From Candidatus Woesearchaeota archaeon (GTDB lineage: Archaea > Nanobdellota > Nanobdellia > Woesearchaeales > ARS49): a stretch of 64,000 bases of DNA. The stretch is from NCBI GenBank assembly GCA_038868995.1, contig JAWCRZ010000001.1, positions 34,269-98,268 on the forward strand, written 5' to 3'. Of the stretch, positions 35,910 to 45,748 are shown one piece after another. The translations under genes were made by a program, and so were the position numbers. Within the stretch, counting starts at the first letter, position 1; every line of letters begins with the position of its first letter. The notes under the pieces were generated by a model. It made no database searches. It was not told the origin of the DNA and saw only the letters and a list, made by a program, of their open reading frames with translations.

Positions 35910-36967
35910 AGATAGTGGTTTTTTCATCCTATTTTTTGCCGCATAAGGGTGGTGTTGAAAATTATGTTCACAATACTGGAAAGCGTTTGGTAAAGCGTGG
36001 GCATAAGGTTTGGGTTGTCACTTCCCGCCTTAAAGGCATGAAAGCTGAGGAGACAATTGACGGAATGAAAGTGCTGCGTTTCCCAGCGATTGAGCCGCTT
36101 CCCGGCAGGATGGCTGTGCCTTTTGCCGTGAACGCTCTTGAGAAGATTGGCCGGCCTGATGTTATTGTGACGCACACGCGTTTTTATCCTTTGTCTGTTG
36201 CTGGTGGAATGATTGCAAAGTCAAAAGGAATTCCCTGGCTACACGTTGAGCATGGCACTGCCCAGGTGAGTTATGCCAATCCTCTGGTTGACATTGGGGC
36301 GAAGGCATTTGACGCTACTGCTGGCAGGTGGATTTTAAGAAATGCTGTTGTTGCCGGTGTTTCTGGCGCGTCGTGTGCTTTTGCAAAACGGCTTGGCGCG
36401 AAAAATTGCATGGTGTTGTACAACGGTGTTGACACCCGGTTTTTTGACGGAAAGAAAAAGAAGCATAAGGACATTCAGATTGTGTATGTTGGCCGGCTGA
36501 TCAGGGAGAAGGGTGTGCAGGATTTGCTGAAGGCGGTCAGGGGAATGCCTGTTAATGTAGTTATTATTGGCAAGGGCCCTTATGAAAGCGAGCTGAAAAA
36601 GCTTGGAGGCAGGTTTGTTGGTGAAAAGGATTTTGCCGGGGTTAAAAAAATCCTTGCCAATTCTGATATTCTTGTGAACCCTTCTTATGGTGAGGGAATG
36701 CCTACAGCTGTTTTGGAGGGGGGCGCTATGGGTTTGGCTGTTGTGGCGACCGATGTTGGCGGTACTGACGAGATTGTTATCGATGGGAAAAACGGTTTTC
36801 TTGTGCATCCTGGTAATGTACGAGAGTTGCGTGAAAGGATTGGTGTCCTGCTGAAGGACGCGAAACTGAGAGAGAAGTTTGGAAAATCCTTGCAGAAAAC
36901 TGTCCGGAGTAAATTTGATTGGGATAAAATCGCTGACAAGTTTGAAAAGGTGCTGAAGTCGTTATGA
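35906..36967 (+). CDS. GT4 (GT-B) glycosyltransferase
   Basis: PHKGGVE, VGRLIREKG, EGMPTAVLEG. Confidence 0.92.
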   Translation: MKIVVFSSYFLPHKGGVENYVHNTGKRLVKRGHKVWVVTSRLKGMKAEETIDGMKVLRFPAIEPLPGRMAVPFAVNALEKIGRPDVIVTHTRFYPLSVAGGMIAKSKGIPWLHVEHGTAQVSYANPLVDIGAKAFDATAGRWILRNAVVAGVSGASCAFAKRLGAKNCMVLYNGVDTRFFDGKKKKHKDIQIVYVGRLIREKGVQDLLKAVRGMPVNVVIIGKGPYESELKKLGGRFVGEKDFAGVKKILANSDILVNPSYGEGMPTAVLEGGAMGLAVVATDVGGTDEIVIDGKNGFLVHPGNVRELRERIGVLLKDAKLREKFGKSLQKTVRSKFDWDKIADKFEKVLKSL

Positions 36968-38076
36968 AAAAGATATTAGTGTTCACATTGGCGTATTTTC
37001 CCTTCGTGGGAGGTGCAGAAGTTGCATTGCGCGAAGTTATGAATCGTCTTAAGAATAAATATGATTTTCAGGTTGTGACTGCGCGCATGAAAATGCTGCC
37101 TTCAACTGAGATTATCGATGGTATCCCGGTTCATCGCATGGGCTTTGGAATCGGGTGGCTTGACAAATTGCTTTTCCTGCCTTGCTTAATTTTGTATGGA
37201 TTATTTCATAAGGCAGATGTTGTTTTTGGTTTGTTGGAAAATCAGGCAGCGCTTGCAGCCCGTGTTGTTGCACGAATGCAGGGCGCCAAATGTGTTATCA
37301 ATCTGCAAAGCGGCGATACTGAGGAATGGATTAAGGAAAAATTGGGTATTTTTTATTTTTTGTACAATTGGGTGTATGGCAAAAAGCCGCAGTATGTTGT
37401 GCTGAGCAGGTATCTTAAAGACAGGGCAATCCAGCACGGAGTTCCCGCTGACCACATTAAGATTATTCCAAATGGTGTTGACACAAAACTATTTACGAGA
37501 AAGGGGGTTGATGTTAAGAAAGTGCGCCGTGAATTGGGCGTTGGAAAGAAAAAAGTCATCATTACGGTTTCTCGTTTGACTTTAAAGAACGCTGTTGATG
37601 ACCTTATCAGGGCGTTTGCGCTTTTGCGAAAAGACGTGCCTTCCATATTGGTTATTTGCGGAACAGGCGAGGATGAGGAAAAATTGAAAGAGCTTGCGCG
37701 GGGGCTTGGTGTTATTGACGATATCCGTTTTATGGGGCTTATACAGCATAAAGAGCTGCCAAAATACTTGAGTTCTGCAGACGTATTTGTCCGCCCGTCG
37801 CTGAGCGAGGGTTTTGGTAACAGTTTTGTCGAGGCGCTGGCTTGCGGCGTTCCTATAATTGGCACTCCTGTTGGAGGCATTCCTGATTTTCTTGTTGACA
37901 GAAAGACAGGATTGTTCTGCAAGGCAAGGAATCCTGAAGACCTTGCTGACAAGATTAAATTGCTTTTGAGGAACAAAAAGCTTGCCTCAGCGATAGCAAA
38001 AAATGGGCGGAAGATGGTTAAAGAGCGCTATGAATGGGACATCATTGCAACTCAGTTTGATGAGGTGCTGAAGTGA
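36964..38076 (+). CDS. GT4 glycosyltransferase
   Basis: GGAE, VSRLTLKN, EGFGNSFVEALACG. Confidence 0.92.
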   Translation: MKKILVFTLAYFPFVGGAEVALREVMNRLKNKYDFQVVTARMKMLPSTEIIDGIPVHRMGFGIGWLDKLLFLPCLILYGLFHKADVVFGLLENQAALAARVVARMQGAKCVINLQSGDTEEWIKEKLGIFYFLYNWVYGKKPQYVVLSRYLKDRAIQHGVPADHIKIIPNGVDTKLFTRKGVDVKKVRRELGVGKKKVIITVSRLTLKNAVDDLIRAFALLRKDVPSILVICGTGEDEEKLKELARGLGVIDDIRFMGLIQHKELPKYLSSADVFVRPSLSEGFGNSFVEALACGVPIIGTPVGGIPDFLVDRKTGLFCKARNPEDLADKIKLLLRNKKLASAIAKNGRKMVKERYEWDIIATQFDEVLK

Positions 38077-39170
38077 AAATCACTATTGCAACAGGGATTT
38101 ACCCTCCTGATATTGGGGGTCCGGCGACGTTTTTGCGTGAGTTTGTGCCTTTTTTGAGGAAGAACGGCTGGAAAGTGGAAATTATCACGTATGGCGAGCC
38201 GAGAAAGGACGCGGTCGCCATTTCGCACGATAACCCGGTTAAATGGTGGTCGTTTTATCGTGCTGTGCTGAAATCCGCGCGTGATTCTGATGTTATTTTT
38301 GCAACTGATACCTTTAGCGCCGGCTGGCCTGCTTCGCGCGCGGCAATTAAATTGAGAAAAAGGTTGGTAGTGCGTTTTGTTGGTGATGCCGCCTGGGAGA
38401 TTGCACGTTCAAACGGCTGGACCGATGACCCATTTGAGGTTTTTCAGAAGAAGAAATACGACTGGAAGATTGAATGGTTGCGCAGGGTGCAGAGAAAGGT
38501 GCTTTACAGGGCTGACGTGATTACTGTGAGCCATTTTCTTGAATCCATCCTTAAAAAGTGGGGAATTAAAAGTGTTGTTGTTCCAAATGCCGTTTCACCT
38601 GTCAATCTGCCTTCAAAAAAAATTCTTAGAAAGAAGTTCGGATTTGATAATAAGTTTGTCGTGCTGAATGTTGGGCGGATTACTCGGTATAAAGGGGTTG
38701 ACAAGATTATTCGTATGTGTGCGAAACTGCGCAAGGATATTCCTGAGTTGTTGCTTGTTGTAGTTGGCGATGGTCCTGCATTTTTTGATGCGCAGAAGGC
38801 GGCACACGAGGAGAACGTTTCACATATTGTGCGATTTGAAGGCATAAAAAATGAGAATGAGACCCGTGCACTTATGAAAGCGGCTGATGTCCTTGTGCTT
38901 AACAGTGAATATGAGGGAATGTCGCATACTTTGCTTGAGGCGATGTCTGTTGAGTTGCCAATTATTGCGTCTGACGTCTGCGGCAATCCTGAGTTGGTTA
39001 AAAACCGCGGCTTGCTGTTTGAGTATAATAATATGGACGCATTGAAGGAGTGCATCCTAAAGTATTACAAGGACCCTGAGTTGGCGAAAAAGTTTGTTGC
39101 AAAATACAAGCAGCTTCCACCGCGCGAGGAAATCGACAAAAAGTATCTTGCGTTCTTGAAGAAGGTTTAA
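38073..39170 (+). CDS. GT4 glycosyltransferase
   Basis: YPPDIGGPA, VGRITRYKG, EGMSHTLLEAM. Confidence 0.92.
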   Translation: MKITIATGIYPPDIGGPATFLREFVPFLRKNGWKVEIITYGEPRKDAVAISHDNPVKWWSFYRAVLKSARDSDVIFATDTFSAGWPASRAAIKLRKRLVVRFVGDAAWEIARSNGWTDDPFEVFQKKKYDWKIEWLRRVQRKVLYRADVITVSHFLESILKKWGIKSVVVPNAVSPVNLPSKKILRKKFGFDNKFVVLNVGRITRYKGVDKIIRMCAKLRKDIPELLLVVVGDGPAFFDAQKAAHEENVSHIVRFEGIKNENETRALMKAADVLVLNSEYEGMSHTLLEAMSVELPIIASDVCGNPELVKNRGLLFEYNNMDALKECILKYYKDPELAKKFVAKYKQLPPREEIDKKYLAFLKKV

Positions 39171-39195
39171 ATAGCCAAATGAGGAAAAAAGAATT

Positions 39196-40320
39196 ATGCA
39201 CGTATTGATGATTGGCTTGGACAACACTGTTTTCACTCAGGAAGGAAGAGGGGATTTGGCTAACCGCCTAAAAAAGTATGCAGAGCATGTTGATTTCATT
39301 TCTTTGGTAATCTACACACAGGATAAAGGTTTCAAGCCGGTGAATATTGCCGATAACGTTATGGCATACCCGACAAATTCTAAATATCAGTTCCGTTTTC
39401 CGTGGCAGGCGGCTAAGATTGGGGCGGAAATTCACAAAGAACGTCCTGTTAATCTTGTTACAACGCAGGACCCGTTTGTCTGCGGCTACGCCGGTTGGCT
39501 TATGAAGAAAAGATTTGGAATTCCGTTAGTTGTTAATATTTTTTCCAGCTTCTTTGATGACCAATTTTGGAAGAGGGAAGATTGGAAAAACCCTTTTTTC
39601 AATATTTTTGGCAAGTGGTTGATTAAGAAAGCTGATGGCGTGCGTGTTGAGTGCGATACAGAGCGTGAAAAAGTTATTTCTCTGGGCGTTTCTGCTGAAA
39701 AAGTAAAGGTGGCGCCTGTTCTTGTTGACCTGAAGAAGTTTTCCGATGAAAAGGGAAGCGTACGGGAGAAGTACATTGATGGTTATGACCGCATTGTTTT
39801 GTTTATAGGCCGCTTGTCAGTTGAAAAGAACGTTGGCCTGCTTATCAAGGCGGCGAAAGTGGTCGCGCAAAAGCGGCCGAAAACCTTGTTTTTGATTGTT
39901 GGCGGTGGAAAAGATGAAATTAACCTGAAATCCATGGCTGCTGACTGCAAAAACATTCTTTTCACGGGCAGGATTCCTCACGCTGACATTCCAAAATACC
40001 ACAAGGCAGCCGATGTTCTTGTCTTGCCGTCATTTTACGAGGGAATCCCACTGGTTGTCGTTGAAGCTGCCGCTGCCGGTTTGCCTGTTATCTGCACTGA
40101 CGTTCGTGATGCGAAAGATGTAATTATTGAAGGGAAATCTGGCTTTATTGTTCCAAAGGACAATCCAGATATTCTTGCATTGAGGATTTTGGATGTTCTT
40201 GAAGACCCTAAAAAAGCTAAGGAAATGGGTAAGATTGGGCAGAAGCTTGTCATGGAGAAGTTTGACCCTGAGAAAAACTTGAAGGACTGCCTTGACTTAT
40301 GGAGGCAGGTAGCGAAATGA
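39196..40320 (+). CDS. GT4 glycosyltransferase
   Basis: IGRLSVEKN, EGIPLVVVEAAAAG. Confidence 0.92.
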   Translation: MHVLMIGLDNTVFTQEGRGDLANRLKKYAEHVDFISLVIYTQDKGFKPVNIADNVMAYPTNSKYQFRFPWQAAKIGAEIHKERPVNLVTTQDPFVCGYAGWLMKKRFGIPLVVNIFSSFFDDQFWKREDWKNPFFNIFGKWLIKKADGVRVECDTEREKVISLGVSAEKVKVAPVLVDLKKFSDEKGSVREKYIDGYDRIVLFIGRLSVEKNVGLLIKAAKVVAQKRPKTLFLIVGGGKDEINLKSMAADCKNILFTGRIPHADIPKYHKAADVLVLPSFYEGIPLVVVEAAAAGLPVICTDVRDAKDVIIEGKSGFIVPKDNPDILALRILDVLEDPKKAKEMGKIGQKLVMEKFDPEKNLKDCLDLWRQVAK

Positions 40321-41414
40321 AGCTTGTTTATGTTCTGCCGAAGTACGACGAAACAGCAGGTGAGCATTTTGTGCATATTTACAAGTTGTTGGGCGAGCTT
40401 GGCAAAAGGACAAAACTTGCTGTGGTGATAGAAAAAGCAAGAGGCATTCCCAGATTGTCAAACGTGCAGCACATCGATGTAATAAGTGCAAAATTATTTG
40501 TTCCGCGTTTTTTTGAAACTCTTACGCGTCTTGCTGCTTTGCGCTTGCAGGGCTACGACACTTTTTATGTTCATTACAGCTTTTTTGGAGCTATTGCCGC
40601 TTCTTTGATAGGAAGATTCAGCAACGGCAAAGTGTTTTACTGGAATTGCGGTTTGCCTCATTTGTTTTTTAAATCTATTTTTGAAAAAGGCTGGCTGCAG
40701 TCAAAGATAAATGATGACTGGCCGCTAAGATTGTCATTGAAAATGGTTGATTTTCTTGTTACCGGCACGCCGCGGATGAAAAAGTATTATCATCACCAGT
40801 TCGGCGTGCCTTTGAGGAAGATTCTTGTTGTTCCTAACGAAATTGACCTTTCACGATTTAAGGTGGCGAAGAAAAGCAACAAGATTCCCCAGATTTTGTT
40901 TGTTCATAGAATATCTGAGCGCAAGGGGGCGCATTATATTGTGCCGATTGCTGAAAGAGTTTTGAAAAAGGCGAAAGCGAATTTTATAATTGCGGGTGAC
41001 GGCCCTTATTTGTCAACTTTACAAACCCAGATTAAGAAAAAGAAGCTCGGCAGATACATTAAAACGCTTGGCAGTGTTCCAAATAAGGAAATTATGAAGT
41101 TGTATTCACAATCTGATGTTTTTTTGATGCCGTCTGACGAGGAGGGCTTTCCGAGAGTGTTGTTGGAGGCTATGGCTACCGGCACTTCTTTTGTCGCGTC
41201 TGATGTTGGCGGAGTTCGTGACATTGTCGCAAAATCAGCTCAGGAGTTTGTTGTTGATAGAGGCGACGTTGACGCTTTTGCAAATAAACTCATTCAGTTG
41301 CTTTCTGACGATAAATTGCGTGACAAGCTTTCAAAAGATGGCTTGCGGCATGTCAAGCAGTATGATTTAAAGAAGGTTGTTCCGTTGTTGGTGAGAACTT
41401 TAAGGAATGCTTAA
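40317..41414 (+). CDS. GT4 glycosyltransferase
   Basis: VHRISERKG, EGFPRVLLEAMATG; start MKLVYV (ATGA overlap). Confidence 0.92.
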   Translation: MKLVYVLPKYDETAGEHFVHIYKLLGELGKRTKLAVVIEKARGIPRLSNVQHIDVISAKLFVPRFFETLTRLAALRLQGYDTFYVHYSFFGAIAASLIGRFSNGKVFYWNCGLPHLFFKSIFEKGWLQSKINDDWPLRLSLKMVDFLVTGTPRMKKYYHHQFGVPLRKILVVPNEIDLSRFKVAKKSNKIPQILFVHRISERKGAHYIVPIAERVLKKAKANFIIAGDGPYLSTLQTQIKKKKLGRYIKTLGSVPNKEIMKLYSQSDVFLMPSDEEGFPRVLLEAMATGTSFVASDVGGVRDIVAKSAQEFVVDRGDVDAFANKLIQLLSDDKLRDKLSKDGLRHVKQYDLKKVVPLLVRTLRNA

Positions 41415-41581
41415 TTTTTTTTCTTAATCCATTTTCTGACAGGACCGTATCCCAGAAGACCAAGCCCTATTAAGATTAGAATAATACCTTGCACAAAAGG
41501 CAGGAATAAGCCAGCAATGCCAATTAGAATACATATTATGCCTGCAATGATGCGAAGTTGCGTCCAGAAGAGTTTTTTCAT
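41411..41581 (-). CDS. Small two-helix membrane protein, 56 aa (not in ORF track)
   Basis: MKKLFWTQLRIIAGIICILIGIAGLFLPFVQGIILILIGLGLLGYGPVRKWIKKKN; ATGA overlap with the acetyltransferase stop. Confidence 0.7.
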   Translation of the reverse strand: MKKLFWTQLRIIAGIICILIGIAGLFLPFVQGIILILIGLGLLGYGPVRKWIKKKN

Positions 41582-42153
41582 TCTTGATTTTTTCGGCTTT
41601 TTATCTTCTTAGCCGGCACTCCCGCGATGATGTCAAATTGGGAGAATTTCTTGGTGACTACGCTTCCTGAGCCAACTACCGAGTTGTCTGCAATGTCTGT
41701 TAGAATGATGCTTCCTGCGCCTATCCAGCAGTCCTTTCCTATAATTATGTGTTCTACTTTGCCTTCCTGTAGGCGCATTGGGATGTCAAGGCGTGTTGTG
41801 CCATGCTGTGCTCCTCCGCTTAGCACTAAAACATATCCTGAAAGCATTGTGTCGTCTCCTATGTCTGCCCAGCCCACAAATGTGTTCACGCCGACATAGA
41901 CATCGTTGCCGACTTTGCTTTTTGGAGTTCTCATAACACCCATGAAATCGACTGTAAAGTTCTTTCCGCATTCTGCAAGCGTGCATTTGTACCAGACCCT
42001 TCTTAGCATTATGCCAAAAAAGCCTGGAATCAAGCTCAATAACTGAGAGCTGGACAGGAATGCAAATATGCGGATGCGATAGAGTATGAATAAAGGTATC
42101 AGAAGTACAAAACAGATAACCGACATTATTGCCTTGATAATTTCTTTTATCAT
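41578..42153 (-). CDS. Hexapeptide-repeat (LbH) acyltransferase
   Basis: IGKDCWIGAGSII, VVGSGSVVTK, AGVPAKKI. Confidence 0.9.
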   Translation of the reverse strand: MIKEIIKAIMSVICFVLLIPLFILYRIRIFAFLSSSQLLSLIPGFFGIMLRRVWYKCTLAECGKNFTVDFMGVMRTPKSKVGNDVYVGVNTFVGWADIGDDTMLSGYVLVLSGGAQHGTTRLDIPMRLQEGKVEHIIIGKDCWIGAGSIILTDIADNSVVGSGSVVTKKFSQFDIIAGVPAKKIKSRKNQE

Positions 42154-43280
42154 AGTATCTCGTGCAAAGCGTCTGAGACATATTTGATGTCTATTTTCTT
42201 TAGTTGCGGATATAAAGGCAATGCTAATGTTTGATTGAAATACTCTTCTGCGACTGGGAAGTCCCCTTTTTTGTATTTTAAGTATTTGTAAGCTGGATGA
42301 TAATGTATTGGAATAAAAAATACCGATGTGCCTACATTATATTCTTTGAGTCGTTCAATGACTTTTGCCCTGTCTGCATTTTTGACTTGTATCGGATATA
42401 TGTGCCATACTTTGCCTGGTTTGTTTTTAGGTAGGATGAGCGGCAAATCTTTGAGTAGTTTTGCATATGTATCAGCTGCTTCTTGTCTTTTCTTGCAAAA
42501 CTTGTCCAGCTTTTTCAATTGCACAAGCCCAAGAGCGGCATTCACATCTGTCATGTTGTCTTTCCAGCCCGGCTCGACAATTTCATAATACCAGCTGCCT
42601 GACAAGGTGTATCTTTTCCACGCGTCTCTGTTCATTCCATGCAATCTAAGTATTTTTAGCCGTGCTGCAAGCGCATCATCATTTGTTGTAACCATTCCAC
42701 CCTCGCCTGTTGTCATGTTCTTTGTTGCATAAAAGCTGAATGATGTCAAATTTCCCAGTGAGCCCATTTTTTTCTTGCCGTCATAGCTTCCGCCGACTGA
42801 GTGCGCGGCGTCTTCAATGATTTGCAGGTTGTTGTCTTCTGCTATGTCCATTATTGCTTTCATGTCGCAGGGGTTGCCGGCAAAGTGCACTGGAACTATT
42901 GCTTTTGTTTTTTTGGTTATTGCCGCTTGTATTTTGTCTGGGTCAATGCATTGAAATTCCTTGTCTATATCGACAAGTACTGGTTTTGCTCCTACGTGTA
43001 TTATCATGTTTACTGTGGCCGCAAACGTAATCGGGCTTGTAATGACTTCGTCTCCTGGATTTATACCTGCTGCAATATAGGACAAGTGCAGTCCTGCCGT
43101 GCAGGAGTTGACAGAAATTGCATGTTTTACTCCAGAGTATTTTGCAAATGCTTCTTCAAACTTGTGGACTTTTGGTCCCATTGTCAGCCAGCCGCTTCTG
43201 ACTGTTTCAACCACGGCTTTAACTTCTTCTTTGCCGATGCAGGGTGGGCAGAATGGAAGAAACTCACTCCTTTTTTTCAT
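42150..43280 (-). CDS. DegT/DnrJ/EryC1/StrS PLP-dependent sugar aminotransferase
   Basis: NSCTAGLH, PVHFAG, EDAAH, SFYATKNMTTGEGG; start MKKRSEF. Confidence 0.95.
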   Translation of the reverse strand: MKKRSEFLPFCPPCIGKEEVKAVVETVRSGWLTMGPKVHKFEEAFAKYSGVKHAISVNSCTAGLHLSYIAAGINPGDEVITSPITFAATVNMIIHVGAKPVLVDIDKEFQCIDPDKIQAAITKKTKAIVPVHFAGNPCDMKAIMDIAEDNNLQIIEDAAHSVGGSYDGKKKMGSLGNLTSFSFYATKNMTTGEGGMVTTNDDALAARLKILRLHGMNRDAWKRYTLSGSWYYEIVEPGWKDNMTDVNAALGLVQLKKLDKFCKKRQEAADTYAKLLKDLPLILPKNKPGKVWHIYPIQVKNADRAKVIERLKEYNVGTSVFFIPIHYHPAYKYLKYKKGDFPVAEEYFNQTLALPLYPQLKKIDIKYVSDALHEIL

Positions 43281-44239
43281 CTGACTTTGGTCCACTCCTC
43301 TGAGCGGTAGCTGGTGTACCATTCGATGAATTCCTTGATGCCCTGCTCAAAACTGTATTCTGGCTTGAATCCAAGGAGTTCTTTAGCGCGTGAAATATCT
43401 GCGATTAAATGTTCAACTTCTCCTGGTCTTGGCGCTACGTGCACTGGCTTCAAATCTTTTTTGAACAGTTTGATTATTTGTTCGGCAATGGTCTTTATCT
43501 TTAGGTCGCGTCCTGTTCCGAAGTTTATTGGGATTCCAGCTATTTTGTTTTTTGAGTTCAGTATCAAATCATACGCTCGCACGGCGTCTTTGACATACAA
43601 GTAGTCGCGTGTCTGTTCGCCAGTTCCATAAATTATGGGAGGCAGGTTATTCATTACTCGCCGTGTGAATATTGAGATTACTCCGCCATATCCTGTGTCT
43701 TTCTGCTTTGGTCCGTACATGTTAAAGCAGCGTGTGATGTATACAGGCATTCCGTATGTTTGGTGGTATGCAAAGCACATTCTGTCTGCTGCTATTTTGC
43801 TCGCGCCGTAAGGATGCGGAGCGTCTAAAGGATGCGTTTCCGGCATTGGTGACAGTTGTGCAGTGCCGTATACTTCTGATGTTGATGCATGTATGACTTT
43901 TCCAACGTCATGAAGGCGTGCGAGTTCGAGAACGTTCAGTGTGCCAAGCACGTTGACTTCATAGGTGAATTCAGGGTCAACTAGCGACTTGTCAACGTGG
44001 ATTTGCGCTGCCAGATGCATTATTGCATCGCATCCCGGAATAACTTTTTCAAGGAGTTTTTTGTCGCGTACATCGCCGTGTATGAATTTGAAGTTTTTCT
44101 TTGCGATTAAGGCGCGTACGTTTTGTAAATCGCCGGTTGAAAGGTTGTCAAAGCAGACGACAGTATGCCCGTCATTGACGTATTTCTCGCATAAGTGGCT
44201 TCCCAGGAATCCTGCTCCTCCTGTGATGAGTATTTTCAT
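43277..44239 (-). CDS. NAD-dependent nucleotide-sugar epimerase/dehydratase (SDR)
   Basis: TGGAGFLGS, HLAAQ, STSEVYG, YGASK, RDYLYV. Confidence 0.95.
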   Translation of the reverse strand: MKILITGGAGFLGSHLCEKYVNDGHTVVCFDNLSTGDLQNVRALIAKKNFKFIHGDVRDKKLLEKVIPGCDAIMHLAAQIHVDKSLVDPEFTYEVNVLGTLNVLELARLHDVGKVIHASTSEVYGTAQLSPMPETHPLDAPHPYGASKIAADRMCFAYHQTYGMPVYITRCFNMYGPKQKDTGYGGVISIFTRRVMNNLPPIIYGTGEQTRDYLYVKDAVRAYDLILNSKNKIAGIPINFGTGRDLKIKTIAEQIIKLFKKDLKPVHVAPRPGEVEHLIADISRAKELLGFKPEYSFEQGIKEFIEWYTSYRSEEWTKVR

Positions 44240-44278
44240 GTGCTTCGCCTCTTTGAGATCTCTTTATTAAATTTATGA

Positions 44279-44383
44279 TTACGCGATAAATACGGTCCGT
44301 CCGCTAATTATTAGGAATGCCGCGAATATCAGCATTACTGCGATTATGCTTGCAACTGCCAGTCCGACATGTAATTTTTCCAT
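44279..44383 (-). CDS. Single-TM micropeptide, 34 aa (not in ORF track)
   Basis: MEKLHVGLAVASIIAVMLIFAAFLIISGRTVFIA; TAATG overlap with the DHH stop. Confidence 0.55.
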   Translation of the reverse strand: MEKLHVGLAVASIIAVMLIFAAFLIISGRTVFIA

Positions 44384-45459
44384 TAGGTTAATCTCTGTTT
44401 GAATGTTTTTAAATATTTCTTGGGGAATCCTGCGCCTGCTGCAGGTGCGTGCCCTCCTGCGTTGCTGTTTGGTATTCCTTTCACTGCTTTTTCAAGCAGG
44501 TTGTTCACCGCTGTTTTTTTGTCGCCTCTGCGTGCGCTGACTGATATCTGGGGGCTTGTCTTATTAATAATAATGATGGTTTTGTGTGGGTATTTTAGGC
44601 CCAGTATGGTGCTGAGTGGAGAGTGCACGCGGTATTTTGAAGTTAGTTCATAAATTAGCATCTCTTCGCGTTTTTCTGCTTTTTTTTCGAACAGTTTTAA
44701 GTGCTTGTCGAGCTCTTTGTCTATTATTTTTTTGTATTTGCCGAATGGCGAGTTTAGAATGTCCTTTGGCTTTTTTGCCCTGTAGAATATGTCAAAGCAT
44801 TTTGGCACGAGTTTTGAGTTATATACCTCTGTGCTGCTGATTGTGGCTGCCACTTGTCCTATTTCCGTCTGGAAAGGGTTTTTGTTCTGCTTTATTTTGT
44901 ATTTTTTGAATACTTTTGCCAGCCAGTCCTTCCAGGGCGCTGTTGCGATGTCTGCAATGCAGGCAGCCGCTGCTATCCAGTCGAGGTCGTTTACATCTGT
45001 TACCCTATTGGCTGCGTCATACGCCAATTTGCCTGTACAGTACGTGCTTGGCTCTATCGTTGTGAAGTATTGGGGCTTGCATAGTATTGTTTTTTGGCTT
45101 TGATAGTCGGCATATAGCTTGTGATGGTCTATGACGAGTATGTCTGCTTGTTTTTCTATCTCCTTCAGTGCTGGCAAGTTGTGTTCTGCGCTGAAATCTG
45201 TTGTGATGAGCTTTGTTATTTTGTGCTGTTTGATTTTTTTGAGCATGTCTTTCGTCAGCCCGTATTGTTTTTTGTCCAGAGGTATTCTCAAATCTATTTT
45301 CCTGCCGCGCAGTCGTTCAATGCATTTTGCCATGATGACTGCTGAACACACTCCGTCCGGGTCTGTGTCGTGGATTATGCATATTTTGTCCTGCGGAGTA
45401 ATGTCTAAAAGAAATCTGTCAACGCGTTTGAGGAATGCTTCGTTTGTCATTATTTCCAC
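44383..45459 (-). CDS. DHH/DHHA1 phosphoesterase (RecJ-like)
   Basis: HDTDPDG, TTD, DHH, IAD, SARRG and GGHAPAAG motifs. Confidence 0.9.
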   Translation of the reverse strand: MEIMTNEAFLKRVDRFLLDITPQDKICIIHDTDPDGVCSAVIMAKCIERLRGRKIDLRIPLDKKQYGLTKDMLKKIKQHKITKLITTDFSAEHNLPALKEIEKQADILVIDHHKLYADYQSQKTILCKPQYFTTIEPSTYCTGKLAYDAANRVTDVNDLDWIAAAACIADIATAPWKDWLAKVFKKYKIKQNKNPFQTEIGQVAATISSTEVYNSKLVPKCFDIFYRAKKPKDILNSPFGKYKKIIDKELDKHLKLFEKKAEKREEMLIYELTSKYRVHSPLSTILGLKYPHKTIIIINKTSPQISVSARRGDKKTAVNNLLEKAVKGIPNSNAGGHAPAAGAGFPKKYLKTFKQRLT

Positions 45460-45481
45460 CCTTCACAGTAGCTCAGGTTAA

Positions 45482-45671
45482 AAATGGCGCGAGAAAAAGA
45501 TTGGGGCGCGCCATTTGGGTTTTGGGGGTGTTGCATATAGTCAAAAGGTGGCAGGTCCGCGAGGACCTGCCCTGTGAGTGATGCGGCAACTTTCGTTGCG
45601 TATCTTTCGGTTTTCTATGCCCTGAAAAGCGTAGCTTTTCTGGGCTGTGTTGTAATACGCCAGTATTACAA
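45482..45671. ncRNA. Candidate structured RNA with five consecutive hairpins
   Basis: Stems at 45482-45516, 45550-45571, 45580-45604, 45619-45645 and 45650-45671, within a divergent intergenic gap. Confidence 0.45.
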
Positions 45672-45748
45672 ATGTATCCTGGCAAAAGATTTATATATAC
45701 TTATGGTACTGAATGTACGATAGTACGGCATTGTAAAGAGGTGTTGCT

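Noticed and set aside
45550-45571. Resemblance to SRP RNA helix 8 (CAGGUCC-GNRA-GGA)
   Set aside because: The 3' side is CCUG, giving a perfect stem, not the AGCAG internal loop required for SRP54 binding.
45570-45630. Resemblance to a c-di-GMP-I riboswitch (CACAGGGCA, GAAA, ACGCAA on the minus strand) or a box C/D sRNA (GTGATG...CTGA on the plus strand)
   Set aside because: Motifs are out of order or unpaired for the riboswitch; the C box is imperfect and there is no C'/D' pair.
45473-45685. 70-aa ORF over the hairpin cluster
   Set aside because: No RBS, atypical composition; the sequence is better explained by base-pairing.
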